Position numbers and translations under genes: made by a program
Assembly: GCF_006345805.1 (NCBI RefSeq)
Contig: NW_021828803.1
Location: 1-7,675, forward strand
DNA: 7,675 nt
Direction: 5' to 3'
From: Octopus sinensis
Lineage: Eukaryota
Part shown: in pieces, positions 6,127 to 7,675 of the stretch
Numbering within the stretch: the stretch's first letter is position 1
Layout of the letters: each line of letters begins with the position of its first letter
The notes under the pieces: generated by a model
What the model saw: only the letters and a program-made list of their open reading frames with translations
Told to the model about the DNA's origin: nothing
Databases searched by the model: none

Positions 6127-6180
6127 GAGTGCGATGGGGAAATATGAAGGGGAATCGGAAAGTAGTGTGCTGAACTATAT

Positions 6181-6495
6181 AACCACACTACCGTCTACAC
6201 CTCTACCACTACCAGCACCACTAACACGACGACCTCAACAGCACCATACTACCACCAACACCTCTTCCACCATCACCACCACCATCATCAAAGCTACCAA
6301 CACCAACAGTATACCTCCACTACTACCACCGCCAATAACACACCACTGCAGCCACCGCCGCCACCACCGGCGCCCTCCACTGACACCATCGCCACCACCA
6401 CCACCACACCACCACACCACCGGCGCCCTCCGTCAGCGATGACACCACCATCACCACTATCGCCTCCACCACCGCCGCCGTCTACACCACATCAC
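6181..6495. repeat. degenerate (ACC)n low-complexity tract
   Basis: C/A-rich triplet periodicity with phase shifts. Internal 17-bp direct repeat CACCACCGGCGCCCTCC at 6362-6378 and 6415-6431. Confidence 0.9.
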
Positions 6496-6972
6496 TGACA
6501 GTTTTATATATTCGACGTACGGGAAATACTCGAGCGCCTGTTCCGCTGTTGTTCCTGTCGCTGATTCTCTCTGCGACGGCGACCATTGTCGTAGTCATTC
6601 ACCGTTGTTGTATATATTTGTGTGTAATTGTCGTCCTGCTCTCCATTCTTCCACTACACTATGATAATCATTTTATTTATAGATACACGCACACACATCC
6701 GTATACATAAGATAAAATAAAAAGTCCGGAAAGAATGTATTATTATACGTACAAATCCTACTCATCGCTTTGCGTATAATGCGTGTTCCCTTCCCAAGAC
6801 CATGCGTCCGCTAAATTTTGTTGGACTTTCAACCTACTCAATTACACAAAAGAAAGATATGTTAAAAGTTTTGCTTATTCTTACAGTTACAATAGGAAAG
6901 GCTCGGATGTGCGACCGTCATTGATCGTGGTTTGGCTGTTGTTTGACTGTGATCAATATAACATTATAATAA

Positions 6973-7003
6973 ATATTATATATATATATATATATTATAT
7001 ATA
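6973..7003. repeat. (TA)n microsatellite
   Basis: Interrupted TA run. Confidence 0.9.
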
Positions 7004-7238
7004 CGAGTTGTATATATGATATATACGTGTTGATATAAGTCGGATAATGCCCAGACAATACTGAGAATGTCCTATCAGTGATTGGATTTACCTTAAACTG
7101 ATTGATACGTACAACGGACAGGTAAGCAATTTAAATCGCTCATGTACACACGACTTTATTTCACACGCTTATGTATTATTTATTACAGAATATACAATAT
7201 ACAATATATACATGTATATACAGGTATATATATTATTC

Positions 7239-7308
7239 TTATCCAAGAATGTTCAAAGAGATTTCGAAGTTTCGGCCAGTTAAGGCATCGTCGGACTACA
7301 TCGGATAA
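7239..7308 (-). ncRNA. degenerate type I hammerhead ribozyme motif of the Penelope-associated kind
   Basis: Minus strand: TTATCC-GATGT-AGT-CCGACGA-TGCCTTAACTGGCC-GAAA-CTTCGAAAT-C-TCTTTGA-ACATT-CTT-GGATAA. Core CcGACGA at 7294-7288, stem II GCC/GGC with loop UUAACU, GAAA at 7273-7270, near-palindromic stem III ACUUCGAAAU, and bulged stem I (TTATCC/GGATAA and GATGT/ACATT). Three changes from the canonical GAGGCC...GGCCGAAAC...GUC form. Confidence 0.55.
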
Positions 7309-7356
7309 ATGGAAAATTATTTTTATTATATCAAAGCATAAAAAACAAACTATATG

Positions 7357-7360
7357 GTGT

Positions 7361-7398
<38 letters not shown>

Positions 7399-7456
7399 TT
7401 GTGTGTGTGTGGTGTGTGTGTGGTGTGTGTGGTGTGTGTGTTGGTGGTGTGTGTGT
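7357..7456. repeat. (TG)n microsatellite with GG interruptions
   Basis: Direct reading. Confidence 0.95.
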
Positions 7457-7506
7457 ATTTATAATATAGTACGTTTAAATATTTGGCAAATATGACCATT
7501 CCGAAA

Positions 7507-7615
7507 TATAAAATATATATATATATATACATAAATATACATACATACATACATATACAAAAACATATATATATATATATATATACACAAATATATACGT
7601 ATACGTGTGTGTATG
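7507..7615. repeat. (TA)n / (TACA)n compound microsatellite, possibly the internal tract of the adjacent SINE B copy
   Basis: TA and TACA runs leading directly into SINE B body sequence. Confidence 0.9.
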
Positions 7616-7619
7616 TTTG

Positions 7620-7675
7620 TTGACAGCCTGTGCTGGTGTGCAAGCGTCCCTGTATTTTAGCGGTTCGGCAAAACA
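7620..7675 (+). mobile_element. SINE family 'B', copy 3, older partial copy running off the right edge
   Basis: TTGACAGCCTGTGCTGGTGTGCAAGCGTCCCTGTATTTTAGCGGTTCGGCAAAA aligns with 541-594; TTAGCGGTTCGGCAAAA (17 nt) is identical. Confidence 0.8.

Noticed and set aside
5883-6442. ORFs of 61-160 aa with CV, HT and Pro/Thr/His runs
   Set aside because: They are encoded by (TG)n and (ACC)n, and triplet phase shifts within a frame show no codon constraint.
7079-7127. Candidate 43-nt micro-exon ending at a strong donor CAG|GTAAGC (open frame DWIYLKLIDTYNGQ)
   Set aside because: The acceptor has a weak pyrimidine tract and there is no other exon evidence; it would need RNA-seq support.
6783-7643. 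ORFs 6783-7019, 7142-7495 and 7350-7643
   Set aside because: They are AT-rich and microsatellite read-through with no homology signal.

Overview
Eukaryotic, repeat-dominated, non-genic DNA with no intact host gene. The SINE families and microsatellite style suggest an octopus or other cephalopod, but this is inferred from recognition, not verified. Left to right: a degenerate 5S rRNA copy (-) joined head-to-head to a tRNA-derived SINE, which is fused to a second (CORE-like) SINE; (GATA)21; a decayed Penelope-like retroelement (-) ending in a hammerhead-like relic; two SINEs flanked by three copies of one target motif; a complete but dead Tc1-family transposon (2846-4322, TA target sites, 27/28-bp TIRs) whose transposase has DD36E spacing and whose 5' region carries an insertion with a perfect 72-bp inverted repeat and a 13-bp direct repeat; a SINE/(ATT)n/retroposon cluster; long TG, ACC and TA simple repeats; a second degenerate type I hammerhead motif (7239-7308, -); and the start of another SINE copy at the right edge. 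Most listed ORFs are microsatellite or SINE read-outs. Only the two Tc1 ORFs clearly derive from a real coding sequence; the short ORF 1034-1225 may too.
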